DNA from: Octopus sinensis
Taxonomy: Eukaryota
NCBI RefSeq assembly: GCF_006345805.1
Contig: NC_043015.1
Location: 8,494,001-8,558,000, forward strand
Direction of reading: 5' to 3'
Length of the DNA stretch: 64,000 nucleotides
Of the stretch, positions 1 through 13,599 are shown in pieces. The notes below the pieces were generated by a model that did no database searches, was not told where the DNA came from, and saw nothing but the letters and a program-made list of their open reading frames with translations. The translations under genes and the position numbers were made by a program. How positions within the stretch are numbered: position 1 is the stretch's first letter; each line of letters opens with the position of its first letter.

Positions 1-48
<48 letters not shown>

Positions 49-119
49 GGATATGTGTGTGCGTGTGTGTGTGTACAAATCAAAAGTGTCTTTACCCACA
101 CTTACACCACATGAAAGTA

Positions 120-1170
120 AGCAAACCTGCATAATTTTTGCCACTACATGTGTAGAAAGAGAGGCAGCAACATTTGATTGCATCAATATCAATGAGGAAG
201 TAAATCCGACAATATATTTTGTAGATGCAAATCAACCGCTATCCTGGTTATATTCCCACCAAAACCATCGCTTTCTGCAACTAGTAAGCTCCCTGTCAGG
301 TAGAAGCTGCCTGACACAGCTCTTAAAGCAGCTTCTCAACAACTCAAATATAGACGTGATATATTTAGAATTTTTAAAATCCCTTGATAAAGTCAACCAT
401 CGTATGACATATCATAAACTGAGTAATCTTGGCATCGTCGGAAAATTGGCTTTAACATAGAAGTGAAATAGTGGTGTCCAACGGATCCACCTCCAAAGTA
501 AAACAACTGATGAGCGGTGATCCAGATGTCACTGTCTTGGTGCTACAGCTATTCATAGTGGCCTTCTGAGACGCACTTAACCACACTTGATAGCTATGTA
601 GATGTCACAAAATGTTTTCAGAGGATAGATAACCTTAGAGACGTTGTGCCTCTGAAGCAGTATTCAGAAGCAATTTGCAGATGGGCTGGGGAAAGTGACT
701 TAGAGTTTAATGCTGGACAATTCCAAGCCCTACGCTACCAACACACGAAAATCAATACAAAGCAGAGAGGATATACTGGCAATCCCTGAACCAAAACCAG
801 TGCGTGTCTTGTGTACAGACATGAGGAATGATGCATCTTTCCAGGAGAATAATAAGTTGGCAATAAAATGCAGGCGGTTGGCCAGATCGATCCTTCAAAC
901 TTTCAGAACGGGTGAACAGGAAATGATAGTCCGCTGGGGAACATACGTCATTAGCCGTTTAGATTACTACTCCCAACTATGGTCATCACACTGTATAAAA
1001 TTCACTGTGGACTTCGAAGCAATCCGGCGAATCTACACAAAAAAGATCGAATCAATGCGACAAGTGATTCCTTGTTGAACGAAACAGGACTGATGTGTCA
1101 TTCATTACATTGCGAAACAAGAATTAAATTCGTTTTGCCAAACGCGAATTCTCAAGAATTTACCTGAAAG
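120..1170 (+). mobile_element. Decayed CR1/L2-type LINE, reverse transcriptase region
   Basis: ORF 47-460 reads SGRSCLTQLL...IDVIYLEFLKSLDKVNH (RT motif VDVIYLDFAKAFDKV). ORF 710-1078 reads YVISRLDYYSQLWS (RLEYCSQVWSP-like). Stops and frameshifts lie between them. Confidence 0.85.
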
Positions 1171-1312
1171 TGAATTCTTCTGCAAGCTCAAGATTTCTGT
1201 CATTTGTTTAACAAACACAGCAAGGGTAGTTGCATGATGGATGTTTAGATTTACTGTAAGCACGTATGTAACCTAAATTCTTTATACGATCAGTTTCGTG
1301 ATATGTAAACTA

Positions 1313-2150
1313 TGCTACATGGAGTGACTGAAAAAGTTAATTAGTTACTCTCTAGACTGAAATATATCTCGAACTCATAGAAGTTCTAAGAAAGTTTGGC
1401 ATTGTCAGTTACACAATGGTCAAGATACCAGAGCAAATACTACAACGCGTTGGGCTTCTTGGGCCCACAGGTCTTCAATATCTCCTCACAAAACCTGAGA
1501 TACGTAAATTTTCTTTTGATAATGGTAGCCTTTTGTATCTGCTTCAGGAAGTTGTCAAAGTACTCTCCATTGATGATGTAGCCCTTTTGAAGATAGTCCA
1601 AATCTACAATATTTTGGCTTCTCAAAAGTTGATGCCATTCGGTTCCATGCAGATGAACCTACTTTCGCCATTTGAGGGCGGGTCAAGACAGGAGTTTTCA
1701 CAGCATGGGTTGTGTCTTTGGCTCAAAGTGTTCAAAACACCATTCATCGTGGGTTAGGAAATGTTCGAGAAAACCAGCGGAATCTTCCTCAAACTATATC
1801 AGAATTCGCCGTAATGTAATCAGCATAGTGCGCATCTGATCACGTGTCAGAAGACATGGCACCCACCGAAGAGAAACCCTCTTGCTCTCTGGTTCATTGT
1901 GCTGAATATTCTCAATCCTCTAACGGGATATGCTGAAAGTATTGGCTATTTGATTTATAGTCAGTCGCCTATCATTCATCACCATGTGGTGAACACGTTC
2001 AATTTTTTCTTTGGTGTTGACAGCTGCAGGTTGTCCAAATTTTGGGTCACCTTCAAGACCCTCCTACATTCAGCTGTACAGATTTGCAACGTCATCCCCT
2101 AATGCAGCAACGACGTCACCATGAATATTACTGTGGTGGGTGCTAAACCC
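1313..2150 (-). mobile_element. Decayed mariner transposon
   Basis: Minus-strand translation gives ERVHHMVMNDRRLTINQIA, RWVPCLLT, FLTHDEW..HFEPKT and DYLQKGYIINGEYF, all typical of mariner transposase. Possible TIR tacatggagtgactgaaaaagtt near 1314. Confidence 0.85.
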
Positions 2151-2559
2151 CTTTTCTGTAGGTACGTAGTAACAATACGATTTCAAATTTTGTTTATTTT
2201 CATTAGAAAACGCTAACAGTTACTTTTTTAATTCTATATTCGAACATTCAGATGTGAGTTTACGATAGCAAAAATAAAAGAAAGACTGCAGTTATAAGAA
2301 AAAAAAAGAAAAAAAATAATGCATGCAAGAATTCACAAATCCATCATCAAACCTTCATTGTAAGCTGACGAAATTTTCAGCCTAGCCTTCTGTTAGAATG
2401 AGTCTAACCGATACTAGAAAGTTTGACGAAGAGAAATTTTCCGTGAAGACTATCTTGGGTCGTTGGCAGTTAAAAGGGGAAAAGTAAGTGTTGAACGTCA
2501 ACTGAACTTAACTGACCAAAGCTCTTATCTTTTTAATATTGAGGCTTTTTGCAATTTAA

Positions 2560-2624
2560 AAATCTGCTACTGCTGCTGCTACTAATACTACTACAACTAC
2601 TACAACTAATACTTCTACTACCAT

Positions 2625-2664
<40 letters not shown>

Positions 2665-2815
2665 GCTACTACTACTACTACTACTGCTACCACCACCACC
2701 ACCACCACAACCACCACCACCACCACCACTACTACTACTACTGCTACTACCACCACCAACACCACTACTAATACATGCATAAATACATACATACATACAT
2801 ACATACATACATACG
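2560..2815. repeat. Compound microsatellite (CTA)n/(CAC)n/(TACA)n
   Basis: Read directly. Explains the poly-L/V/S/G ORFs at 2533-2844. Confidence 0.95.
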
Positions 2816-3755
2816 TACATATATGCGCACACAGATATATACACTCGTGCAGATATATATTTAAACAGGCGTATAGAAACTATATTTCTAAGTATATTTG
2901 TTAAAAGATATATGAAAGAAGCACATTTTCAACTGAATACCATTAAGATTGCCAAATTACACGCGCTCAGAATATGTCGTAAAATATTGGTGAGAACTGC
3001 ACAAATCAAAAAGATAATCGATATATCCATGAGGCTAGTATCCTTACGTGTCAAGCTACACAGAGAAAGGGAATTAGCAATTCAAGACCTATACTGTCAA
3101 TTAAAAACTGACATACAAAACCATTATGTGGCGAGAAATTATATTTTATTGGAAATATGATAATGATTTTAAATGTCTCGAGGAATGTTAAGCGAAAGAG
3201 AAATGAAAAATATGAAGATAAATAGAGGAATATAAAAAGAAATTAAAAACAATTATTAGACAGTGAAAAATATATGTATTAAAAAAACAGAAATTCAATT
3301 ATAGTAAGTCTAATCGGCCAAATAATATATTGTAAAAGAGGTGAAATTTCCAAGCACGTAAAATGAATCATTTTGTTCCAGTAATGAGATTTCTGCCAAC
3401 AGGATAAAAATAATGGAAATAAACGAGATTTTTGCGAAATAATGATACGATAGTTGAATATATTGAAAAGGAGAGAGCTATTTTCCATTTTTTGTCCTTT
3501 CCATCAGGATGTTTAGAGGAAAACTTGAGACGGGCTTTGTGGGCTAACGGAATCTTGTATGCGATTTCATGCAGTGTATTTTTTCTTCTTGTGAGAAAAC
3601 AGAAATATAAATAGCGTCATGGAAATCGCTATTTCCACTGATACAGCAAGCGCAATATTTACAGGTTGTAATTCATATTATCATACATCACGTTTCGTGA
3701 AAACTGAGCGGTACCTATATATACGCGTGCACGCACAGTCACACAGAGAAACATA

Positions 3756-3801
<46 letters not shown>

Positions 3802-3810
3802 CATATGTAT

Positions 3811-3894
<84 letters not shown>

Positions 3895-4126
3895 GAAATA
3901 AATGGGGTTGAACGTTCACTGTAAATATTGAACAATGAGAATGTGTGCTGAAAATACCATTAGTGCATATAGATCTTTTACTTCCGTATAAATGGGAAGC
4001 ACACCGATATTTCGTTGTAGAAGTCCCAATAATATTTTAGGTATTCCCTAACATGAAAACTATGGTGCACTTTATACAGTGAGTCTGTGTGTATGCATAA
4101 ATTTGTATATATATATATATATATAG

Positions 4127-4183
<57 letters not shown>

Positions 4184-4236
4184 TGGAAAGATATACGTAT
4201 ACATATATATCTATCTGTCTATCTATCTATACATAA

Positions 4237-4282
<46 letters not shown>

Positions 4283-4479
4283 ATATATATAATACCCGAT
4301 ACCAGGAGAAACACAGAACTTATATTTGGTTATACATCCGAAATTTTCTCTCCCGTTATGGTTAAGACATACAATTTGCTCAAATCGGTATATGATATTT
4401 TGCATATTATCAGTGAAGAAAAAATAACAGAAAAACAAAAAATAAACTGCATCTTCTCGACTTTAAAATATCAGTTTAA

Positions 4480-4660
4480 TATTTTGGCACAACGCCAGCA
4501 TTTTTAAGCAATGAGTAAGCCGATTAAATCTACCCGTGTTCAAATGGTTACTTATTTTATGAACCACGAATGGATGAGGGGCTGTGTCGATCCCGGTATA
4601 ATTCAAACTCGGGACTTAAAGATGGAAGAAATGTCACTAAACATTATCTCTCAAGCAATA
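4480..4660 (-). mobile_element. Degenerate tRNA-derived SINE (family also at 15.5, 34.8, 39.7 and 49.6 kb)
   Basis: Diverged reverse-complement match to the well-preserved copies at 15505-15740 and 49612-49845. Confidence 0.65.
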
Positions 4661-4864
4661 ATGCCTTGATTCATAGTGTAATATTAATATTCATTTACAT
4701 CAAATAAGCTATCGATATGCTACACATATTTAGTATAAAGAATACCAGTTCCATACAAACTTTTCGTGAAAAATTTCAGAAATATTCCAGGATCGTTTCC
4801 ACATGAATAGAAACTTCAGTCTCATTTCTTCATCGCAATTGCAATTACTATCCCCTTAAAAAGT

Positions 4865-5800
4865 TTAGTGCATTAAAATCCTAGCGAAACTGTCTGTATC
4901 TTTAACAATGATCTCCGAGTTACTCATGCTTTTGATTGGATCTCGGAGGCGTTTGGGCATAGCAACAAGTAGCATATCAACCTGCACTTGAAGGCGTGTC
5001 TCATCGCTAATCCCTTTGAGTATCTTTGAATATTGAATAGGATATATTTTCTCATAACACATCCTGAGGAAAAGACGCCAGCTTTTACGAGTGTGCAGAA
5101 AGAGGAAATTTATACAGTCATTTATACAGCGTCATTCGTGAAGTTTTTCAACTTATGTTCCTTCATACTGCTATCAATCTATCCTCTAATCTTAAAATGT
5201 TATGAGATATACCTTTTTTAATATATGATATACGATTCATTCTTGGTCGGAATGACATCATTGCTATGGTATTTGGAGAATGTTTTTTCCCTCATGCACA
5301 CGTGTAGGTCTTCAATTACGTTTAATATATTGATTTCAGGTTTTGGAATAACAGGAACGTGATCAGTCGCTTACAGCAACCACGGTTCTCGACTGGTACT
5401 TTTTTTTCGATTCCGATTTGTGAAAGGCAAAGTTAAGCTCGGTGGAAGTTGAATTCAGAAGGTAAAGGCGGATGGAATGCTGCTAAGAAATTTGCTCCGT
5501 GTGATAACTACTCTGGCAGGTTGTCTTCACACATCAGATCCAATATATACATTTTCCTCTACGATTTTGACTTCTTAAGCAAATAATGCTTTTTTGCAGT
5601 GTCGTTAATTCACCGATGTTTAATAGAAGAGATAATTTCTGCAGAACATTTTCGTGTTCCAATATGTATGTCCCACTATCCAATACATTGGAATCACCAG
5701 GGAAACTATGGATGTTTGAACAGGTTATTTTGCCGCGCTTATTGACGAAATCATCAGAGGTTTTCAATACACGATAAAGAAGTTTGTCGTAGCTTTGTGT
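4865..5800 (-). pseudogene. Decayed coding tract of unknown family (tract A), interrupted by a SINE
   Basis: Open segments LLYRVLKTSDDFVNKRGK...YILEHEN...LLNIGEL...CLRSQNRRGKCIYW (5534-5794), LHVCMREKTF...DVIP...YII (5221-5330) and ORF 4865-5062. Motifs are collinear with the tract at 56.6-57.5 kb. Confidence 0.5.
5330..5530 (-). mobile_element. Degenerate SINE, same family as 49612-49845
   Basis: gactggtact...gaaaggcaaagtt...gaattcagaaggtaaag matches the reverse complement of intact copies. Confidence 0.7.
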
Positions 5801-6206
5801 GATTTACTTTCTCATGTTCAATGCGCAACCCGTATGTCATTGCCTTTCAAATGTTCCACGTCTATTGTTATTCATTCAAATACATTGGAGGACATGGACA
5901 GTCCCACACATTGTAAAAAATTATTAACTTTATAATGTTTAAAAATCCCTTATTTTGTATTGAAATATGTGATGCACTTAAGAAAAACTTCCTCCAAGTT
6001 GACAAACAGAGGTGCGCAGGCACACGCACACACAAACAAACACACACACGCACACACAGACACACACACATATATAAATATCACCACTGTCAATAAATGT
6101 GACTAGGGTGTTAGAAACACCGATATTGCTAGAAATAAGAGTTAACACTCTCATGCTGTAGTTAAAGCACATACTTGTATACATATGTCTACACCGTACG
6201 AGAACT

Positions 6207-6256
6207 TCTTATACTGAATTCAATTTCGGCAATTTCCGTTGCCTCATCAGTCAAGA
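6207..6256 (-). ncRNA. Type-I hammerhead ribozyme motif (PLE-type)
   Basis: Minus strand: UCUUGA-CUGAUGA-GGCAA(CGGAAA)UUGCC-GAAA-UUGAAUUCAG-UA-UAAGA. Canonical core, 5-bp stem II with G-C closing pair, near-palindromic stem III, GUA cleavage triplet, 5-bp stem I with one bulge. Confidence 0.8.
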
Positions 6257-6414
6257 TTGGCTCCAATTCGACAGATTTAATTCTCTGTATATATGTTTTC
6301 ATCATAAAAATCTATGGAATATTTAGGAAATTGCTAAAGTGTATGTATGAAATTGAAAGAGACTGCAGTTTGCAAACTTATATCAAAAGTGAAGAATATA
6401 ACTATCACTGTATA

Positions 6415-6510
6415 TTTGTGTATATATATATATATATATATTATATATGTGTGTGAGTGTGCCTATATGTGTAAACGTATATATATATATATATATAATA
6501 TATATAATAT

Positions 6511-6562
<52 letters not shown>

Positions 6563-6587
6563 CCTATATGTGTAAACGTATATATAT

Positions 6588-6621
<34 letters not shown>

Positions 6622-6732
6622 ATATATATATAATATATATATATATATGTATATATATATGTATATATATATAATATATATATATAATTATATATATACA
6701 TATATATATATATATGTATATATGTATATATG

Positions 6733-6771
<39 letters not shown>

Positions 6772-6875
6772 GTGTGTGTATATATATATATATACAAAAT
6801 GTATTATACATAATATATATACATATATATATATATATTATAATATATATATAATATATATATATATATTTATGC
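6415..6875. repeat. Long interrupted (TA)n/(TG)n microsatellite
   Basis: Read directly. Confidence 0.95.
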
Positions 6876-7221
6876 ATAAATAGCAAGACAAATGTGTACA
6901 TATGTTGGCATAATTCTAGATGTATAAAGATTCAATATCTTTCATTGAAAGCTTCAGGCCATTGATATAAGCATATATGTAAATAATGTTTCTTAGGTCT
7001 TGTAAGTATTCCCGTGTTTAAAAGTATAGTTTCCGTAAAGCTGTTCAATATATTTGTCTGTACACTTAAATTCTATCTCTTTACAAATCTGAGTTCTAAA
7101 ATTTATGCTATATGCACTATATAATTCACACTCACATACACACATACAAATATATATATATATATATATATTTATGTATATATATATATGTGTATTTATA
7201 CATATATATACATACATATAC

Positions 7222-7315
<94 letters not shown>

Positions 7316-7759
7316 TAAATGAAAGAATGGAGTCGAACGAAGATGTTAACAAAATTCCTTTACTCTCGACATATGTTTCGAAGACCACATGGTTTCATTC
7401 CAAAGGGAAAAGGGGTGTATGAAGCAATCTTCTCATCAGGAAAGAAAGGGAGCCTCTCTCGGCAACAAGACAAGCAACAATTTCGATGACTGCCTACATG
7501 GTAAACAAAACGATAATGAGTGTTTTTTAAAAAAACTGTTAGAAGAATTGACATCAAAGTTAGACAGTAGGAAGAGAAGGGTTAAAGGAATGATAGGTAG
7601 GGAACCGGTGGAAAGGGAAGGGTATGTTGATTAAGAATGTTCAAAGGCTTAGGAAAGAATTTCATATTGAAGTGCAGGGTATGTTAAGCTAATTGTTCAA
7701 AGCACGATGTTTATCGTAATCATTTGTAAGAGTAAAAAGTATGTTTCTGCCAGTGCTTA

Positions 7760-8250
7760 CATTTATAGGATTTCTCTATGAGTGTGTTTACAAGGGGAAC
7801 CTTAGAGAAGAGGATATGGAAGAGCTCAGAGCTACACATGTTACAAAATCTCCTGCCCTTATCAAAAGGAAAGGGAACCAAAATAACTTGAAATCTATAT
7901 TATTATCTTTAAGACGCCAAACTAATTTACTTAGCCCTGTACTATGTCGTTTTTTAGGAGATTCCACACTGGTAAATATAATTCTCGATCTTAGAATTAC
8001 TAGACAAAAATCTAATTCCGTTGGGGTTGTCCTCCGAGATCGAAACGAAGTTTTTATTGCTATGATTGCTGGTACCGATGTCTTCTTAGAGTGTTAACTG
8101 TTATTTCTAGCAAAAATTTCTGCAAATAAACCCGGAGTTTCTACCCTTGGACAGGTCGCCTCAACCGTGTTTCTGACTCCAATTTGCTACCCTGGTATCG
8201 GTTCAACGAATTTTCCATGCTGCCGATAAATATAGGATAATTCATTCGCT
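7760..8250 (-). mobile_element. Decayed Penelope-like element, GIY-YIG endonuclease end
   Basis: Minus strand: NYIYQCG...STGLSKLVWRLKDNNIDFKLFW...CNMCSSE, resembling the PLE GIY-YIG C-terminus (TxLSKYIWxLK...W...CxLCxxEK). Confidence 0.7.
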
Positions 8251-8267
8251 TATTGAAATATATATAT

Positions 8268-8366
<99 letters not shown>

Positions 8367-8913
8367 CAATTAAACAAAATAGATAATTGATGTACTTATA
8401 AAATCAGATATAATATTGCAGCAAATATAATTGAAAAGAGTAGTAAGGTGAAAGCAAATGGGATGACTAGAGTTCCATCATCAACGACACGAGAAATAAC
8501 AAGAATAATGACAATAACATTGTTCAATCAATAACAAACATACATCTATTTATTACCATAATTTACCTGTCAAAACATTTCTCTACAAACCCCGTGTCAT
8601 ATCTGCAATTGCGCTCACGTATGTTGCATTAACTCATACAACAATGAGAAAACAAGGTCGCTGAGAGTTGTTAACTCATTGTATTTTCAATTAAATTGCT
8701 TTTTCTGTTACACTCACAATTAATTAGCATGCTAGCTACAGCATAATTATATGCATACACATATACACACACGCGCTTTCACGCACACAAACACACATAA
8801 AACACACATATATTGGTATATGCATAGGTATACATGCATATATCTGCATGTGTATAACTATACGTATATTTATATATGCATGCACATATGAATATATATA
8901 TATATATATATAT

Positions 8914-8976
<63 letters not shown>

Positions 8977-9125
8977 TATCAAATTAGAGGAGTTAATACC
9001 TGTAAGGGAAAATTAATACTACCCTCACCTCTGCATCTTCCTTTTTTGTTACCTATTTAATTAAAGACATACCCGCCTAAACGTAGAGTCTCCCATTGTT
9101 ATTGTATCCATTTTCTTCCCTGATA

Positions 9126-9181
<56 letters not shown>

Positions 9182-9394
9182 AATATCCTTTTAATTGTTT
9201 TAGTCATTTCCCTGTGGCCATGCTGGAGCACCGTTTTAGTCGAACTCAGGTTTTATACATACATACACACACACGCACACCCTCATATATATATATATAT
9301 ATATGCGTGCGTGCACGTATCTATCTATGTATATGTATATATGCGATTGTGTATGCATGTTGCGTGTGTAGTTGTAATGTTTTTTAATCTTGAC

Positions 9395-9683
9395 CAGGGG
9401 TTCTCAACTATTTTTCACCTATGGATCCCTTAGATTATTATTTTATTCTGCTGAAACCCTATTGAAATTTCTTTCGATTGTCTTATCATGTTTTTCACAC
9501 ATTTACTTGTATATGTTGAACAACTTAAAATGCTTCAGAAAGTAACATAACTGTTCTTTGTAATAAAATTCAAATACTTACGTCTAAAGCAAATATTATT
9601 CAGGAGGCCTACGTTTACTATTGCGAACCACCAAAAAGCTTATATGGACTCTCAGGGAAAATGTGAACCCGGGTTGAGACTTA
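9395..9683. mobile_element. hAT/Charlie-like MITE, about 290 bp
   Basis: Left end caggggttctcaac. Right end gaacccgggttgagac is a partly decayed inverse. Confidence 0.55.
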
Positions 9684-9914
9684 TATTATCTACTTTTCTT
9701 GAAATAAGTATATTCTCTGATAGCATTTATTTTCTTTAAAATAAAATGTTAGACAATATTTGATTTGATTTCAAGCAAGTGACGACCTTGAGCCGATACA
9801 TATTGAATGAGGTATAGTCGGAGATACACTTAATGCTCAGATTTAATTTCTCTACAAAACTACAATGTCTGTGTGCGTGTATGTGTGCATGCATACGTAT
9901 GTCTATACAGAGCT

Positions 9915-10036
<122 letters not shown>

Positions 10037-11084
10037 GTGAGTGTGTGGGAGGGTGTTTGAGTGTGGGGATGGTGTGATCTGTCTGTCTGTGTGTATGTAT
10101 TTATTGCACCTATACTAAATGGGTTCCCGCAGGTACGACCAGCGGGCGAGATTTATGCATTAGCACAATAATGCAATTAGAGATATTCGAAGTCTTTTCC
10201 AATGGCTTTAATTATATTTCTATGCTGGTGTACATGAATATCTACACGTACACCTACCTATGTGTCCATGTGTGTTTTGTGTGTGTGACTATGGATGTGT
10301 ATGTGAGTTTTGTGTGTGAGTGTTTGTTTGTGCGTGTGTGTCTGTGTGCGCGATTGTTTGTGTGTGTATACCACATGTATTGTTTATTTGAAGGATCTTT
10401 GCATTAATGATAGTACCACTAATGTCATATTGAGAATACTTCAGCACCAAAATGCAAGCAAAATAGTACGTATATATAACGAGGTATGCGTGAAGAAGGC
10501 ATTCTCCTTTGCGTTGAGAAACATCAAATATTAAGAAATGTGAAAAATGCAATCGCTGACTTAGATCAGTAATTCAGGCATATAATTACAGACCCTAAAA
10601 CTCTAGCCTATATTTTAGGACTGTTATTAACTCAACTAGGAAGAACGCGATTACTTTTAGCGAAATACATTAAGGTCATAAAAGCAAATTTGAAGGATGT
10701 TCTGAAGAATGAGTCAATCACCAATTTTTGTTTCAAGGACTCATACAGCAACAAAATAATTAACGGAACAAACCAATGCCGGTGATGTCCTACATTGAAA
10801 GTATTACAACATTTTAAATATCTACGGAAAATTCATGATAATGGGATACAGTACAAAATTAATAGAGGGAGAGGAACCAAATTGGGTCCGGGAGATAATC
10901 GTTGATGCAGATGAGTAGACTGTAGATCATATATCCTTGTTATTATTACCCACTTATAAAGCAAGATAACTCTCATACGTTTCAGATATATACGATTTAC
11001 CACCATAGGTGATTACATATATGCCAGGAAGAGGTACAAAAATATGTAACATCACGCTTATGTGTATATAGGCAATAGAGGACG

Positions 11085-11092
11085 ACTACTGT

Positions 11093-11135
<43 letters not shown>

Positions 11136-11278
11136 GCTACTACTACTACTGCTACTACTACTACTACAACTACTACCACTGCTGCTTCTACTACTACTAC
11201 CACTATTGTTACTGCTACAACTACTAACACTCCTGCTGCTTCTACTACTACTACCACTGCTTCTACTACTACTCCTAG

Positions 11279-11311
<33 letters not shown>

Positions 11312-11330
11312 ACCACTGCTGCTGCTGCTG
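11085..11330. repeat. (CTA)n/(CTG)n microsatellite
   Basis: Read directly. Confidence 0.95.
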
Positions 11331-11344
11331 ATGTTGTTGCTTAA

Positions 11345-11460
11345 AACTTCATTTGTCCTTTATAGTGCGTGCATTAGCTGTTTCAGTACATCATCCTTCC
11401 ATAACGTGGAAGAATGGGGCAAGCGGTTTCATGCCGGAAAAATGAGTCTAGAAATCACCT
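11345..11460 (+). mobile_element. Short mariner HTH fragment
   Basis: Translates to VEEWGKRFHAGKMSLE (mariner V..W..RF..G..SLEDD motif). Confidence 0.5.
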
Positions 11461-11770
11461 TTTTTTAAATCTACTAAATAGCTTTCCTATAATCCATAGA
11501 TTGTCACCTCTAACTCTTTGGAAAAGCTGTGGATTCCATATGAAATAAAATGTAGCAGAGATTTTAAAATTTGATAATATCGGATATTTGAAAATGCCCG
11601 AAGTCGTATTTCCCTAAACGTGTAGATTTAATGTAAAAGAAATTTTAAAAAGCAATTTATGAAGGATTACTATAAGCACGTTTTAATAGAGAAGTTATGC
11701 AAATTTAGGTTTGTTGGTTGGTGGATTGATTTTAAAATCATGCTGTACATCATATAGAAACAGGGATACG

Positions 11771-11829
<59 letters not shown>

Positions 11830-12581
11830 AAGAGGGAAATGTAGAAAGTTATATAACATTCGGGAAAGGATTTTGACATCACATTATACCATTTTGGAAT
11901 TTCCTTCCGCAAACGTCCATAACTAGCATGTTTTAATCGTTCGTTCCGCTTCATACATCTGAAATACTGAAATTTTGGAAATTGCAGTTTCATAAACGAA
12001 TATGCATATTAATAATAGTTTCAAATTTTTTGCAGAAGTCAAGAAATATAAAGCAAGGGATTAAGTGATCAACGGCTATATATTTATTCACCATTGAAAA
12101 GTAAGATGGCACTTTCCGATGGTTCACAGAAGAATATAGATAGCTGGAACAATGCTGTTGCGCTTTTCGTTTGACTCACTACCGATTCCTACAGCACCGC
12201 GTTTCTAAATGCTTTTAAGTGACAATTACGGAGAAAGAAAAAATATCATTTAAAAAAAGAAAAAGATGCAACGCTCCTGTGCAAAAAAGTAATCATATTA
12301 AGTTAACTTGCAATGGACCTGTACCTCGAGGAAATTCCATTCTGAAATATAAGATATACATTAAAGCAACATCCTAAAAAAATCATAAGGAAACCGATTC
12401 CATGGGAACCCAGATTACACACTCACACATACAGACACACACACACGCATATGCATATATTTATACGTGTATACATACACATATATACATATGTGTATAT
12501 ATACACACACATATATATTTATAAATTTGTATATCACTCTGTCTGTTTATCTCTCCTATTCTCTTTCCCCCTCTCTCTCTC

Positions 12582-12613
<32 letters not shown>

Positions 12614-12646
12614 CAAACATATATATATATTATATATATATATACA

Positions 12647-12696
<50 letters not shown>

Positions 12697-12712
12697 CATA
12701 CACATGCATATC

Positions 12713-12955
12713 TGGAGAGGCGCGTGGCTTTATTGGCTGGAATGTCAGCGTCATGATCACAAGATTGTGGTTTCGATTCCTGGACCGGACGATGCGTTGT
12801 TTTCATGAACAACACACTTCATTTCACGTTGCTCCAGTCCAGTCAGCTGGCAAAAATGAGTAAAGCTGGCGTCCCGTCCAGCTGGGGAAAATATACGCCA
12901 TAGAAACTAGGAAACCGGGCCCACGAGCCTGGCTAGACTTTAAAAGGGCGCATGC
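12713..12955 (+). mobile_element. tRNA-derived SINE with conserved central domain
   Basis: tRNA-like head with B-box-like ggtttcgattcc, then cttcatttcacgttgctccagtccagtcagctgg core. The superfamily (Meta/V/CORE-like) cannot be assigned by eye. Confidence 0.7.
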
Positions 12956-13599
12956 GTTGAAAGAATATAAAATGAGCGGAAACATTCATTAAGGTTATGC
13001 TAGATTTGTGTATTGTTTTATTACCTGATATTATCTTAATTAGCCAAGTTATAGTTTCAAAGATGGCAAAATACTATTTCATTTAGGAAGATGTTTTAAA
13101 AGTACAAATTAGAGGCAACCAATGGGTGTTATAGGTCATGTTAAATACTCAACGTTGCTTTAGGCAACGAGATATAAAACGTATTTATTGTCAATAAAGA
13201 CGAATCATTTCTATGAATCTTTAAATCTTTGTATATTTGTGTGTATTTTGTATTTACTTTTCTAATCTCCACCAGTGTTCTTTCAAGTAGAATTCCATTG
13301 ATTTTCCCTCATGTCGAACAGCTAAAAAGAAAAAGAGAACTTGACTAAAACAGACAGGAATTATGTGTGTACATCTCAACAAGTTCATAGAATTCTACTA
13401 CTTAGATAAGGCAATTGTCGATATCAAGTTTAAAGATCTTATTGAACTTTAATTTTATGCTCAAATTGCTACATCTATCGTATTATTATAATCATTATTA
13501 TTATTATTTAATTATTATTATTATTATTTAATTATTGTTATTATCATTATTATTATTGTTATTATTATTGTTGTTGTTGTTGTTGTTATTGTTGTTGTT

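Noticed and set aside
5640-5710. SFPGDSNVLDSGTYI resembles a gelsolin-repeat motif
   Set aside because: Not conserved in the homologous tract B, and the flanking gelsolin residues are absent.
7330-7640. [17 protein letters not shown] resembling an RT QxGF motif
   Set aside because: No downstream KAFD or DD motifs found.
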